From the NCBI GenBank assembly GCA_963823555.1, contig CAWGMA010000002.1:224001-288000 (forward strand): a DNA stretch of 64,000 nucleotides, in the 5' to 3' direction. Source of the stretch: Candidatus Eiseniibacteriota bacterium (lineage in GTDB: Bacteria > Eisenbacteria > RBG-16-71-46 > CAVPCR01). Below the pieces are notes generated by a model. That model had not been told where the DNA came from, searched no databases, and saw nothing but the letters and a program-made list of their open reading frames with translations. The position numbers and the translations under genes are program-made. Shown one piece after another: positions 19,801 through 28,482 of the stretch. Numbering within the stretch: position 1 is the first letter of the stretch; every line of letters starts with the position of its first letter.

Positions 19801-21767
19801 ACGTGAACGGCCGGGATGCTCGTCTGGATCTCGGCATCGCTCTCCTCATCGCGCTCGCCGCATTCGCGGCTCTGACTCCTCTCGTGCAGCGTGACATCGG
19901 CTGGGTCGACTCGGTCGAGCTGGCGCTCGCCGGCCAGGGGCTCGGCGTTCCCCATCCCACGGGATACCCCCTCTATGCCTTGCTGGCCCGGCTCGCCGCG
20001 GCCGCAGCGGCGAGGGCCGGCTTCGACCCGGCCTTCGGGGTCAACCTGCTGTCGGCCCTGTTCGCGGCGGTCGCGGCCGCGCTCACCTATGGGCTCGGGC
20101 GCCGGCTCGGGTTCAGCGTGGTCGCGGCGGCCGCGGCGGCGCTCCTCCTCGTGGGCGCCCGCGACTTCATCGCGCAAGCCACGGTCGCCGAGGTGTATAC
20201 GCTTCATCTCCTCCTGGTCGTGCTGCTCTTCACGCTCGCACTCGATGCCGCCGGGAGCGGGCGCGCCCTCCTCGGCGCGGCGTTCGTGCTCGGTCTCGGC
20301 CTGGCCCACCATCTCACGATCGTGCTGGCAGTCCCCGCGCTTGCCGTGCTGCTCATCCGCCGCCGCCAGGCGGTGCCACGCCTCGCCCTCGGACTGGCGC
20401 TCGCGCTTCCGCTCACGCTCTATCTCGTCCTCCTGACTCGCTCGGCCCTCGATCCGGCGCTCGACCTGGGCGATCCCGAGACGGTCCCGCGTCTCCTGTC
20501 GCACGTGAGAGGCCGACAGTTCGGTTACCGCCTCCTCACCTCGGAAGCGGCCTACGCCTGGGCGGAAACGGGGCGGTTCTTCCACCTGCTGGTCGCGCAG
20601 TGGTCGCCGGTGGCGATCCCTTGGATCGTGCTCGGGGCGGTGGTGATGGCCACCGGATCGCGACTTCACCGCCGCGTTCTTGCCGCCCTCTTGCTCCTCG
20701 TTGCCGCCGTCGTCGCCCACGCCGTGGCGTATCGCATTCCCGACAAGGAGGCCTACTACCTTCCGGTCTATCTCGTCGCGGCCCTCCTTGCCGGTGCCCT
20801 GGCCCACGTGCTCCTCGTGGCGACGAGCCGGAGTCGTCACGGGCGTGCCGTCCTTGCCTATCTGGTGATCGCTCTGTCGCTGTGGCCGTTCATCGGCCAC
20901 CGGCATGGAGGCGACCGTCACGCCGATCACTCGCTGGCCGATCTCGCGCTGGAAGTGGGACGCCGCACGACAACCGGCAGTCTCATCCTTTCGGATGACA
21001 CCAGTGTCTTCTTCGCTCTGCGCTACTTGCAGGAAACGGGCCGCATGCCTGAGGACCGCACGATCGTTGCGGAGTACTTTCTCCCTCTGCCATGGTACGC
21101 GGCATCCCTCTCTGCGCTGGACCCGGCCCTGCCCGCGGAAGTCGCCGCGCATGCCGCCGATCGCAGCGGGCTGCAAGGCCGCGCGCTCGGTGATCGACTG
21201 GCCCAGGACTCGCGCGAGCTCGCCGCCGGGGTGGTGCGGCGTGCCGTCGGCCAGCGCGACGTGTTCGTCTACTTCCATGACTTTGCCACCGAAGCGACGA
21301 GCTTCGCCGGTCTGGCGCTGGCCGATCGCGGGCTCGTCTATCAGGTGGAGGGGGAAGACCGGGCCGAAAGGAGCCTCCCTGACGCCGAATTCGCCCGCTT
21401 CGCGTCCTACCGCGCCGACCGGCGGCGGACGGCGGAGGAGGGGGCGGTGGCGCGGCGATACGCCGTGGCCGCCAATCGCGCCGGCATCGCCCGGGTGAGC
21501 GCCGGAGATGCCGGGGGTGCGGAGCGAGAGTTCCGGAAGGCGCTCATCCTCGATCCGGACTATGCTCAGGCCTGGTTGAACCTCGGTCTTCTTCGCGCCG
21601 ATTATCTCGAGCGCCCGGCCGAGGCCCGCGCGGCGTGGCAGCGTTTCCTCGAGTGCGCGCCGGATGCGCCGGAGGCCCCTGCGGTGCGTGCGCGTCTCGG
21701 GAATCTCGCCGTGCCCGGCACGACAGGGGCGGGGTCGGGCGAGGGGGAAGACGAAGGGCGCGAGTGA
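19797..21767 (+). CDS. DUF2723 (TMEM260-like GT-C glycosyltransferase) with C-terminal TPR
   Basis: DSVEL...GVPHPTGYPLY, AEVYTLH, GLAHH, multiple TMs and a terminal TPR. Confidence 0.88.
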   Translation: MNVNGRDARLDLGIALLIALAAFAALTPLVQRDIGWVDSVELALAGQGLGVPHPTGYPLYALLARLAAAAAARAGFDPAFGVNLLSALFAAVAAALTYGLGRRLGFSVVAAAAAALLLVGARDFIAQATVAEVYTLHLLLVVLLFTLALDAAGSGRALLGAAFVLGLGLAHHLTIVLAVPALAVLLIRRRQAVPRLALGLALALPLTLYLVLLTRSALDPALDLGDPETVPRLLSHVRGRQFGYRLLTSEAAYAWAETGRFFHLLVAQWSPVAIPWIVLGAVVMATGSRLHRRVLAALLLLVAAVVAHAVAYRIPDKEAYYLPVYLVAALLAGALAHVLLVATSRSRHGRAVLAYLVIALSLWPFIGHRHGGDRHADHSLADLALEVGRRTTTGSLILSDDTSVFFALRYLQETGRMPEDRTIVAEYFLPLPWYAASLSALDPALPAEVAAHAADRSGLQGRALGDRLAQDSRELAAGVVRRAVGQRDVFVYFHDFATEATSFAGLALADRGLVYQVEGEDRAERSLPDAEFARFASYRADRRRTAEEGAVARRYAVAANRAGIARVSAGDAGGAEREFRKALILDPDYAQAWLNLGLLRADYLERPAEARAAWQRFLECAPDAPEAPAVRARLGNLAVPGTTGAGSGEGEDEGRE

Positions 21768-21835
21768 GGAAGTGGGATGCAGATGAGCCTGCGTTCGCGG
21801 TGGCGATGTGGGTGAGCCCACCCAGCGACGAGTGC

Positions 21836-21865
21836 TTGAATCCACCTGTATTCCCGCGGTAGAAT
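21836..21865 (+). promoter_or_regulatory. Sigma70-type promoter of the cNMP operon
   Basis: TTGAAT-N18-TAGAAT about 60 nt upstream of the ATG at 21925. Confidence 0.55.
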
Positions 21866-21876
21866 GAAGATCACGC

Positions 21877-21898
21877 AGGGCGGGTTTCCCGCCCTTTT
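21877..21898 (+). terminator. Intrinsic terminator-like hairpin
   Basis: AGGGCGGG-TTT-CCCGCCCT followed by a short T run. Confidence 0.5.
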
Positions 21899-21924
21899 CC
21901 CACAGCCGCGCCTGGGTCCAATCC

Positions 21925-23289
21925 ATGCAGGCTCATCTCACCCCAGATACCTCTGCGCTCACCCTCGATGACGGATCCAGGGTCGCCGTCGTGGGTGGCG
22001 GACCTGCGGGTTCGCTCTTCGCCTATTTCCTCCTCACCTTCGCCGAACGCGCTCGCCTCGAGCTCGAAGTCGAGATCTACGAGCCGCGTGATTTCTCGAG
22101 CCCGGCTCCGGCCGGCTGCAACATGTGCGGCGGCATCATCTCCGAATCGCTGGTGCAGATGCTCGCCACCGAGGGGATCGAGCTCCCGGGGAACGTCGTC
22201 CAGCGCGGAATCGACTCCTACGTGTTGCACATGGATGTCGGTACGGTGCGCATCGACACGCCGCTCCATGAGATGCGTATCGGGGCCGTGCATCGCGGGG
22301 CGGGGCCTCGCGACTTGAAGACGCCCAAGTGGGGTAGCTTCGACGGCTATCTCCTGTCCCTGGCGGTCGCGCGCGGCGCGCGCGTCAACCGGGTCAAGGT
22401 CGAGCGTGTCGTGCGGCATGACGGCCGTCCCCGGCTCGAGCTGCGAGGAGGCGAGGTCCGGGACTGCGATCTGGTCGCGATCTGTGCCGGTGTGAACTCC
22501 GGCGCCGGCCTCTGCGAGCGCATCGATACCGGATATCGCGCCCCGCGTACCGGGAAGGCCTATATCCGCGAGTTCTATCTCGGCACCGACGGGGTCACGG
22601 CCGCCCTCGGCTCCTCGATGCATGTCTTTCTGCCCGAGATCCCGGAGATCGAGTTCGCCGCCATCGTGCCCAAGGGCGACTATGCGACGCTCTGCATGCT
22701 CGGCGACAACCTGGACAAGGAGACCGTCCAGCGCTTCATGGATACACCCTGGGTGCGCTCCTGCATGCCCCCGGGTGCCCATGAGACCCCATCATGCCAG
22801 TGCTCGCCGCGGCTGAGTCTGGCCGGTGCGAGGCAGCCGTTTGCCGACCGGGTCATCTTCGTCGGCGACAGCGGAGTGACCCGGCTCTACAAGGATGGTA
22901 TCGGTGCTGCCTATCGCACGGCCAAGGCCGCGGCGAGCACGGCCGTCTTCCAGGGCATCTCGGCCGATGCCTTCCGCCACCACTTCTGGCCCGCATGCCG
23001 CCGCATCGAGCATGATAATTTCCTCGGGCGCATCGTCTTCAGCGTCACCAAGGCTCTGCAGCGGACCGCGATCGGCCGCCGCGCCGTTCTCGAGATGACG
23101 CGGCGGGAGCAGGCCCGGGATGGGGCGCGGCGGCCGATGAGCCAGGTCCTGTGGAACGTCTTCACGGGGAGCGAGCCCTACCGCCAGATCCTCTTGCGTA
23201 CGCTCAACCCGTCGTTCATTGCGCGTCTCGTCGGCCACTTGGTTGCCGCCGTCCGTCCGGCCCGCCCGGAGGCTCGTCCTTCCCGCTGA
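21925..23289 (+). CDS. FAD-dependent oxidoreductase (geranylgeranyl-reductase-like fold) with CNMCGG and CQC motifs
   Basis: VVGGGPAGS Rossmann motif, GCNMCGGIISE and VGDSG...KDGIGAA. Confidence 0.8.
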   Translation: MQAHLTPDTSALTLDDGSRVAVVGGGPAGSLFAYFLLTFAERARLELEVEIYEPRDFSSPAPAGCNMCGGIISESLVQMLATEGIELPGNVVQRGIDSYVLHMDVGTVRIDTPLHEMRIGAVHRGAGPRDLKTPKWGSFDGYLLSLAVARGARVNRVKVERVVRHDGRPRLELRGGEVRDCDLVAICAGVNSGAGLCERIDTGYRAPRTGKAYIREFYLGTDGVTAALGSSMHVFLPEIPEIEFAAIVPKGDYATLCMLGDNLDKETVQRFMDTPWVRSCMPPGAHETPSCQCSPRLSLAGARQPFADRVIFVGDSGVTRLYKDGIGAAYRTAKAAASTAVFQGISADAFRHHFWPACRRIEHDNFLGRIVFSVTKALQRTAIGRRAVLEMTRREQARDGARRPMSQVLWNVFTGSEPYRQILLRTLNPSFIARLVGHLVAAVRPARPEARPSR

Positions 23290-23299
23290 GGAGAACGTC

Positions 23300-23680
23300 A
23301 TGACCTCATCCGCACTCGGCCGCGATTACCGGGATGGCGAGATCATCGTCCGCCAGGGCGATGAGGGGGAGAGCATGTACGTCATCCAGGAAGGATCGGC
23401 CGAAGTCGTCATCGAGAGAGACGGCAAGGAGATCCTCCTGCGCGAGCTCGGCAAGGGCCAGTTCATCGGAGAGATGGGTATCTTCGGCCGGGACGTGCGC
23501 TCGGCCACCGTCCGCGCCAAGGGCCCCGCGCGCCTTCTCACCGTGGATCGCAAGACCTTCCTCCGGCGCATCCACGAGGATCCCTCGCTGGCCTTCCGCG
23601 TCGTCGAGACCATGTCACAGCGGATCCGCGAGCTGAGTGACGAGGTGGCACGCCTGCGACTCGAGGGTGGGCAGGACTGA
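23300..23680 (+). CDS. Stand-alone cyclic nucleotide-binding domain protein
   Basis: IVRQGDEGESMYVI and the phosphate-binding cassette FIGEMG...RSATV. No HTH. AGGAGA RBS. Confidence 0.9.
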   Translation: MTSSALGRDYRDGEIIVRQGDEGESMYVIQEGSAEVVIERDGKEILLRELGKGQFIGEMGIFGRDVRSATVRAKGPARLLTVDRKTFLRRIHEDPSLAFRVVETMSQRIRELSDEVARLRLEGGQD

Positions 23681-23683
23681 GGG

Positions 23684-24670
23684 ATGGCCGTGCTCCGTTA
23701 CCGGTCGCCGGTGTCCCCCGGGGCGCGATCGCTCTTGCTCGTAGCCGCGGAGGGTACGCCCCAGGAGCGGCGGTTCGTCTTCTACGAGCGGATCGAGATC
23801 GGGCGGCTGGTCGAAGGACGGCCGGAGGAGGAAGGCAAGCTCCTCATCGGCGATCCCACCGTGTCCGGCCATCACTGCATCATCCTGTGCGATCCGGATG
23901 GTCGCTGTTTCATCCGCGACACCAGCCGTAACGGGACCCGGGTCGATGGCCGGCGGCTCATTCCGAACCGCGAGGTCGAGCTGTTGCCCGGTCAGGCGAT
24001 CGGCGTCGGCGCCGAGGAGACCTTTCGCTTCATCGTGCCCGAGCGTCCCGATGCCGCGGCGACAGCCGAGCCCCGGTTCGGCACGCTGGCTCAGCCCTCG
24101 GTCGGACAGGTGTCGATCCTGGTCGGTGATATCCGGGGGTATACATCGCTGATCGAGCAGGTCGAGTCGTCGGTTCTCCAGGATGCGGTGTCACGGGTCT
24201 TCATGCAGCTCAAGAACGTGGTCCTGGCGCACGCCGGTCAGGTCAAGGAGTATCAGGGTGATTCCTTGATGGCGTTCTGGGAGGCGTTGAAGCAGAGCTC
24301 GCCGGCGGTGCCGGCATGCACGGCGGCTCTCACCCTGCACCGTGCCGCCCAGGAACTGGCCCGGGACCCGGCGATATGGCCGTTTCCCGCTCATCCCCTC
24401 CAGATGGACTGGGCCGTGACCACCGGAGCGGTGACGACCATCGTCCTCGGGGAGGACCGGCCCGAGGAGCTGTCGATGGTGGGCGAGCCCGTGGTTCTCG
24501 CGTACCGTCTCGAGAAGATCGCCGGCGATCGCACCGGCTCGATCCTGGCTTGCGAGAAGACCCGAGCCGCGGCGGAGGAGAGGTTCGTGTTCCAGGATCT
24601 CGGTCAGTTCTCGCTCAACGGGTTCAGTCGCGGCGTGCGGGCCTATGCGTTGCTGGGGGAGCGCTCATGA
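23684..24670 (+). CDS. FHA domain plus class III nucleotidyl cyclase
   Basis: FHA motifs IGR, VSGHH and SRNGT; cyclase motifs GDIRGYT, EYQGD and GEPVVLAYRLE. Confidence 0.88.
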   Translation: MAVLRYRSPVSPGARSLLLVAAEGTPQERRFVFYERIEIGRLVEGRPEEEGKLLIGDPTVSGHHCIILCDPDGRCFIRDTSRNGTRVDGRRLIPNREVELLPGQAIGVGAEETFRFIVPERPDAAATAEPRFGTLAQPSVGQVSILVGDIRGYTSLIEQVESSVLQDAVSRVFMQLKNVVLAHAGQVKEYQGDSLMAFWEALKQSSPAVPACTAALTLHRAAQELARDPAIWPFPAHPLQMDWAVTTGAVTTIVLGEDRPEELSMVGEPVVLAYRLEKIAGDRTGSILACEKTRAAAEERFVFQDLGQFSLNGFSRGVRAYALLGERS

Positions 24671-25431
24671 AGGTGACGGTCGTGGCCTCGTCCCCGGCGC
24701 AGCCTGTGGAGCAGCAGTACCTCACCTCCTTCGTTGTCGACCACCGCCTCGCCGTGGACGCTGGGTCGCTCGCCCTCCACGAGAGCCCCGAGGAGCAAGC
24801 GGCGGTACGGCATGTGCTACTCACCCACTCGCATGCCGATCACATCGGCTCGCTCCCCGTCTTTCTCGAGAACACGAGCTACCGGCGACAGGGGCCGGTG
24901 TCGATCCACGGCTCGCGGGCCACGATCGAGGCGCTTCGCGCCCACATCTTCAACGATCGCATCTGGCCCGATCTATCCCGCCTCAATACCGAGGACCACC
25001 GTCTCATCGAGCTCCGTGTGCTCGAGCCGGAGGAGCCGGTCGAGATCGACGGATTCCGCGTCACCCCGGTCGCGGTGAATCACACGGTGCCCACCTTCGG
25101 CTACATCATCGACAACGGCAGCGAAGCCGCTGTCTTCGGCGGGGATTCCGCGCCCACCGACCGTATCTGGGAGCTGGCCCGGCGCGCGTCCCGCGTCCGC
25201 GCCGCCATGATCGAGTGCACCTTCCCCGCGGCCATGAGTGCTCACGCCCTGCGCACCGGGCATCTCACGCCGCTCGAGCTGGCCGCCGAGATGGAGAAGC
25301 TCCCCTCCGGGACCGCCGTCATCGCCGTGCACATCCGGGCGGCGTTCCATCCGGTCATCCGGGACGAGCTCGAATCGATGCGGCGCCCGGAACTCGAGGT
25401 CGGGCGCGGCGGGGCGACCTACGCGATCTGA
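24667..25431 (+). CDS. Class II 3',5'-cyclic-nucleotide phosphodiesterase (MBL fold)
   Basis: VDAG, THSHADHI, HIFNDRIWPD, VNHTVP, GDS and GHLTP. ATGA overlap with the cyclase. Confidence 0.85.
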   Translation: MKVTVVASSPAQPVEQQYLTSFVVDHRLAVDAGSLALHESPEEQAAVRHVLLTHSHADHIGSLPVFLENTSYRRQGPVSIHGSRATIEALRAHIFNDRIWPDLSRLNTEDHRLIELRVLEPEEPVEIDGFRVTPVAVNHTVPTFGYIIDNGSEAAVFGGDSAPTDRIWELARRASRVRAAMIECTFPAAMSAHALRTGHLTPLELAAEMEKLPSGTAVIAVHIRAAFHPVIRDELESMRRPELEVGRGGATYAI

Positions 25432-25446
25432 TATCATCCCGCGACC

Positions 25447-25830
25447 ATGGAGGAGATCACGGCTCCCGCCATCGGGCCGACGATCGGCATCGACCTGGTC
25501 GAGATCGCCCGCGTGCGCCAGGCGCTGGCGCGCCATGGCGACCGATTTCTCGGGCGCCTCTTCACTCCGGACGAGATTGCCTATTGTCTTGCGCGGCATG
25601 ATCCGGCGCCGTCGCTCGCCGCCCGCTTCGCGGCCAAGGAGGCCTGCGCCAAGGCGTTGCCGGTGGGAGCCGCTCCCTCGTGGCGCGAGATCGAGGTCGT
25701 GGTCGGCGATGGGGGCAAACCGGAGCTCCGGCTTGCTCCCCGTCTCGTTGCTCGCCTCGGCGGCCGCCGCGCTTTCGTGAGCCTTAGCCATGCGCGCGAC
25801 CTGGCGATGGCGGCCGTCATCATCACCTGA
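25447..25830 (+). CDS. acpS: Holo-[acyl-carrier-protein] synthase
   Basis: IGIDLVEI, AARFAAKEA, GKP and VSLSH. Confidence 0.95.
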   Translation: MEEITAPAIGPTIGIDLVEIARVRQALARHGDRFLGRLFTPDEIAYCLARHDPAPSLAARFAAKEACAKALPVGAAPSWREIEVVVGDGGKPELRLAPRLVARLGGRRAFVSLSHARDLAMAAVIIT

Positions 25831-25851
25831 GAAGCGAGGAGGTCGAATCCA

Positions 25852-27405
25852 ATGCGACTCGTCACTCGCGACGAGATGCGCGAGCTCGATCGCGCGACGA
25901 TCGAGGAGTACGGCACGCCGGGCCTCGTCCTCATGGAACGGGCCGGTCAGGGGGTGATGCGCGCGATCCAGGCGCGGTATGGCAGCCTGGCCGGATTGCG
26001 TTGTGCCGTCGTCGCGGGCCGGGGCAACAACGGCGGCGACGGTTACGTCGTGGCGCGCCGCCTGCGCGGCCATGGCGCCGATGTCTCGGTGTTCACGACG
26101 GCGTTGCCTGCCGAGCTGTCCGGCGACGCGCATCTCAACTACGCGCGCTACGAGGCACTCGGTGCTCGTGTGCGGCATCTTGCGACTGAGCACGATTTAT
26201 CGCGGCTCGGTGCCGTTCTCGACGATTGCGATCTGGTGGTCGATGCGTTGCTCGGGACCGGGTTCAGAGGCGCGGTGCGCGGCCCGATGGCCCGCGTGAT
26301 CGAGCGGGTGAATGCGTCCCCGGCCTTCGTGATCGCGGTCGACGTGCCGTCGGGTCTGGATGCCGACAGCGGGACCGTGGGCGGCCCGGCCGTGGCGGCC
26401 GATCTGACCGTGACCTTCGGCTGCGCCAAGATCGGTTGCTACGTCGATCCCGGCCGCGGCCTCTGTGGGGACATCGAGGTCGTCGATATCGGGATCGCCG
26501 CCGGGGCCCTGGCCGCGGTTCCGGAAACCTACCAGCTGATCGATGCTGCGGCCGCCGCCCGGCTCTTGCCGCGGCGCGAACCTGCGGACCACAAGGGCCG
26601 CTTCGGGCGGCTCCTCGTCATCGGCGGCTCGGCGGGGCTCACCGGCGCGGTGGCGATGGCGGGGGAGGGGGCGCTCCGCGCCGGCGGCGGGCTCGTCACC
26701 GTCGCCTTGCCGCGAAGCCTGCAAGACACGCTTGCCGCCAAGCTCACCGAGGTGATGACGCTCGCGCTTCCCGAGACCGGACGCCGCACCATCTCGGTGC
26801 GCGCCGTGGACGAGATTCTCGCTGCGGCGGAGCGCGCGGATGCGGTGGCCATCGGCCCGGGGATCTCGCGCGAGCTGGAGACGGCCGAGCTCGTCCGCTA
26901 CATCGTGCACGAACTCGAGAAGCCGATCGTGCTCGACGCCGACGGGTTGAACGCCTTCGAGGGCAGAGCGCCGGAGCTCGCGCGGTCGCGCGCGGAACTC
27001 ATCCTGACGCCGCATGTGGTGGAGATGGCCCGCATTTCCGGTCTCGATCCGCGTGCGGTCGAGACCGAGCGGCTCGACTTGCCCGGGCGCTTCGCCGGCG
27101 AGATCGGACACGTGGTCCTGCTCAAGGGATCGCCGTCGGTGGTCGGCGCCCCTGTCGCCCCGACCGTGCTGTCGAGCCGGGGCAACCCGGGGATGGCGAC
27201 AGCCGGATCGGGGGATGTGCTGACCGGAGTGATCCTCGGTCTTCTCGGGCAGGGACTCGTGCCGCGAGAGGCCGCGGCGCTCGGCATGTTCGTTCATGCG
27301 CGCGCCGGGGACCTGGCTGCCGGGCGTCTGGGGGAACACGGCATGATCGCCGGCGACATCCTGGCCGAGGTCCCGGCCGTGCTCCGCGCCCTCGCCGCCG
27401 GGTGA
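25852..27405 (+). CDS. nnr: Bifunctional NAD(P)H-hydrate epimerase/dehydratase
   Basis: LMERAG, GNNGGDG, DALLGTG, HKG, LDADGLN, LTPH and MATAGSGDVL. Confidence 0.95.
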   Translation: MRLVTRDEMRELDRATIEEYGTPGLVLMERAGQGVMRAIQARYGSLAGLRCAVVAGRGNNGGDGYVVARRLRGHGADVSVFTTALPAELSGDAHLNYARYEALGARVRHLATEHDLSRLGAVLDDCDLVVDALLGTGFRGAVRGPMARVIERVNASPAFVIAVDVPSGLDADSGTVGGPAVAADLTVTFGCAKIGCYVDPGRGLCGDIEVVDIGIAAGALAAVPETYQLIDAAAAARLLPRREPADHKGRFGRLLVIGGSAGLTGAVAMAGEGALRAGGGLVTVALPRSLQDTLAAKLTEVMTLALPETGRRTISVRAVDEILAAAERADAVAIGPGISRELETAELVRYIVHELEKPIVLDADGLNAFEGRAPELARSRAELILTPHVVEMARISGLDPRAVETERLDLPGRFAGEIGHVVLLKGSPSVVGAPVAPTVLSSRGNPGMATAGSGDVLTGVILGLLGQGLVPREAAALGMFVHARAGDLAAGRLGEHGMIAGDILAEVPAVLRALAAG

Positions 27406-27500
27406 CGTCGCGAATCAGGCCCAGTGCAGCCGATCGGCTGTTGATATACAATCCCTTTCCACGATCCGAAACGAAGGGGTCTCGTAGGCGAGGAGTGGCG

Positions 27501-28142
27501 ATGGCGAGCACCGGGCAGATGAAGAAGGAGCTGATCGAGGTTGCGGGACACCTGAGCCGGCTGGGATACCTCGTCGCGGACTGTGGCCTCTTGAGCGCCC
27601 GCGTCGGCGATGAGATCCTCATCACACCGGATGGCGCTCATCGGGCTCGTCTCGACCCCCGGCAGATCGAGTCCGTGCGCCTCGACGGCAAGAGCAAGAC
27701 CGAGATCCGGCCATCATCGGATCTGTGGACCCATCTTGTCATCTATCGCGAACGCGAAGACGTGGGTGCCGTCCTGTTCGCCCAGCCACCCCACGCCACT
27801 GGTTTCGCCGTGGCCGGTGAAGCGCTCGAGGAGCATGTTCTGCCGGAGATGGTTCTCCGTCTCGGACATGTGCCCCTGGTGACCCAGGATGGCCCGGTCG
27901 GCATGGGCGAATCGATCAAGCCGCACCTCGGTGAATCGTCGACCTTCGTGCTGGCCAACCGCGGCGTGATTGCGATCGGTCACGATCTCTGGCAGACGGC
28001 GGCCAGGCTCGAGCTCGTGGAGCACTATGCCCGTGTGCTCCTGCTGGCGCGGACCCTGGGCCGCGTCCGCGAGCTCCCCGAGTCCTTGCTGAGCCGCCTG
28101 GTCGAAACTCGGTTCACCGAGGAAGGCGGACGGAACCGCTGA
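27501..28142 (+). CDS. Class II aldolase/adducin family protein, probably catalytically inactive
   Basis: Fold motifs SAR...ILITP, PSS, H-x-x-IY...DVGAV and ATGFA are present, but the Zn-binding His residues are replaced. AGGAG RBS. Confidence 0.8.
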   Translation: MASTGQMKKELIEVAGHLSRLGYLVADCGLLSARVGDEILITPDGAHRARLDPRQIESVRLDGKSKTEIRPSSDLWTHLVIYREREDVGAVLFAQPPHATGFAVAGEALEEHVLPEMVLRLGHVPLVTQDGPVGMGESIKPHLGESSTFVLANRGVIAIGHDLWQTAARLELVEHYARVLLLARTLGRVRELPESLLSRLVETRFTEEGGRNR

Positions 28143-28293
28143 GAGAGAGCCGGGGCGGCCGCTCGTGGGTCCCCGGACAGGAGCCCTCGTCGCTCCTTGC
28201 TTCCCGGCCCTTCTCCCTCTAGAATAGCCCCTCTCCTCCGTCCAACCGGGCCGCGCAGGATGCTCGCCGGCCGCTGCTCCAGGAGCCGACACC

Positions 28294-28482
28294 ATGCCCA
28301 TGCTGCACGAGGATCTCCCCCCCATCCGTCCCCCGCGCGAGGAGTTCGAGGGGTTCGTCAGGCGCCGTCTGGCCACTCATCGCCGTCTGCGCGACGAGGG
28401 CGAGGTGATCCGGATCGAAGAGGCCTTGCACCGCGGGCTCGAGCTGCTCGCCGCCGCCGAGGAAGAGCATGATCCTGACTAA
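28294..28482 (+). CDS. Small hypothetical helical protein overlapping the start of the SMC-like gene
   Basis: AGGAG RBS upstream, host-like codon usage and a 14-nt overlap with the next gene. Confidence 0.55.
   Translation: MPMLHEDLPPIRPPREEFEGFVRRRLATHRRLRDEGEVIRIEEALHRGLELLAAAEEEHDPD

Noticed and set aside
21925..25431. Calling the cNMP operon a Pycsar or CBASS anti-phage system
   Set aside because: There is no TIR or TM effector fused to the cNMP-binding domain, a PDE is co-encoded, codon usage is host-like and the context is housekeeping. A defence role is not excluded but is unsupported.
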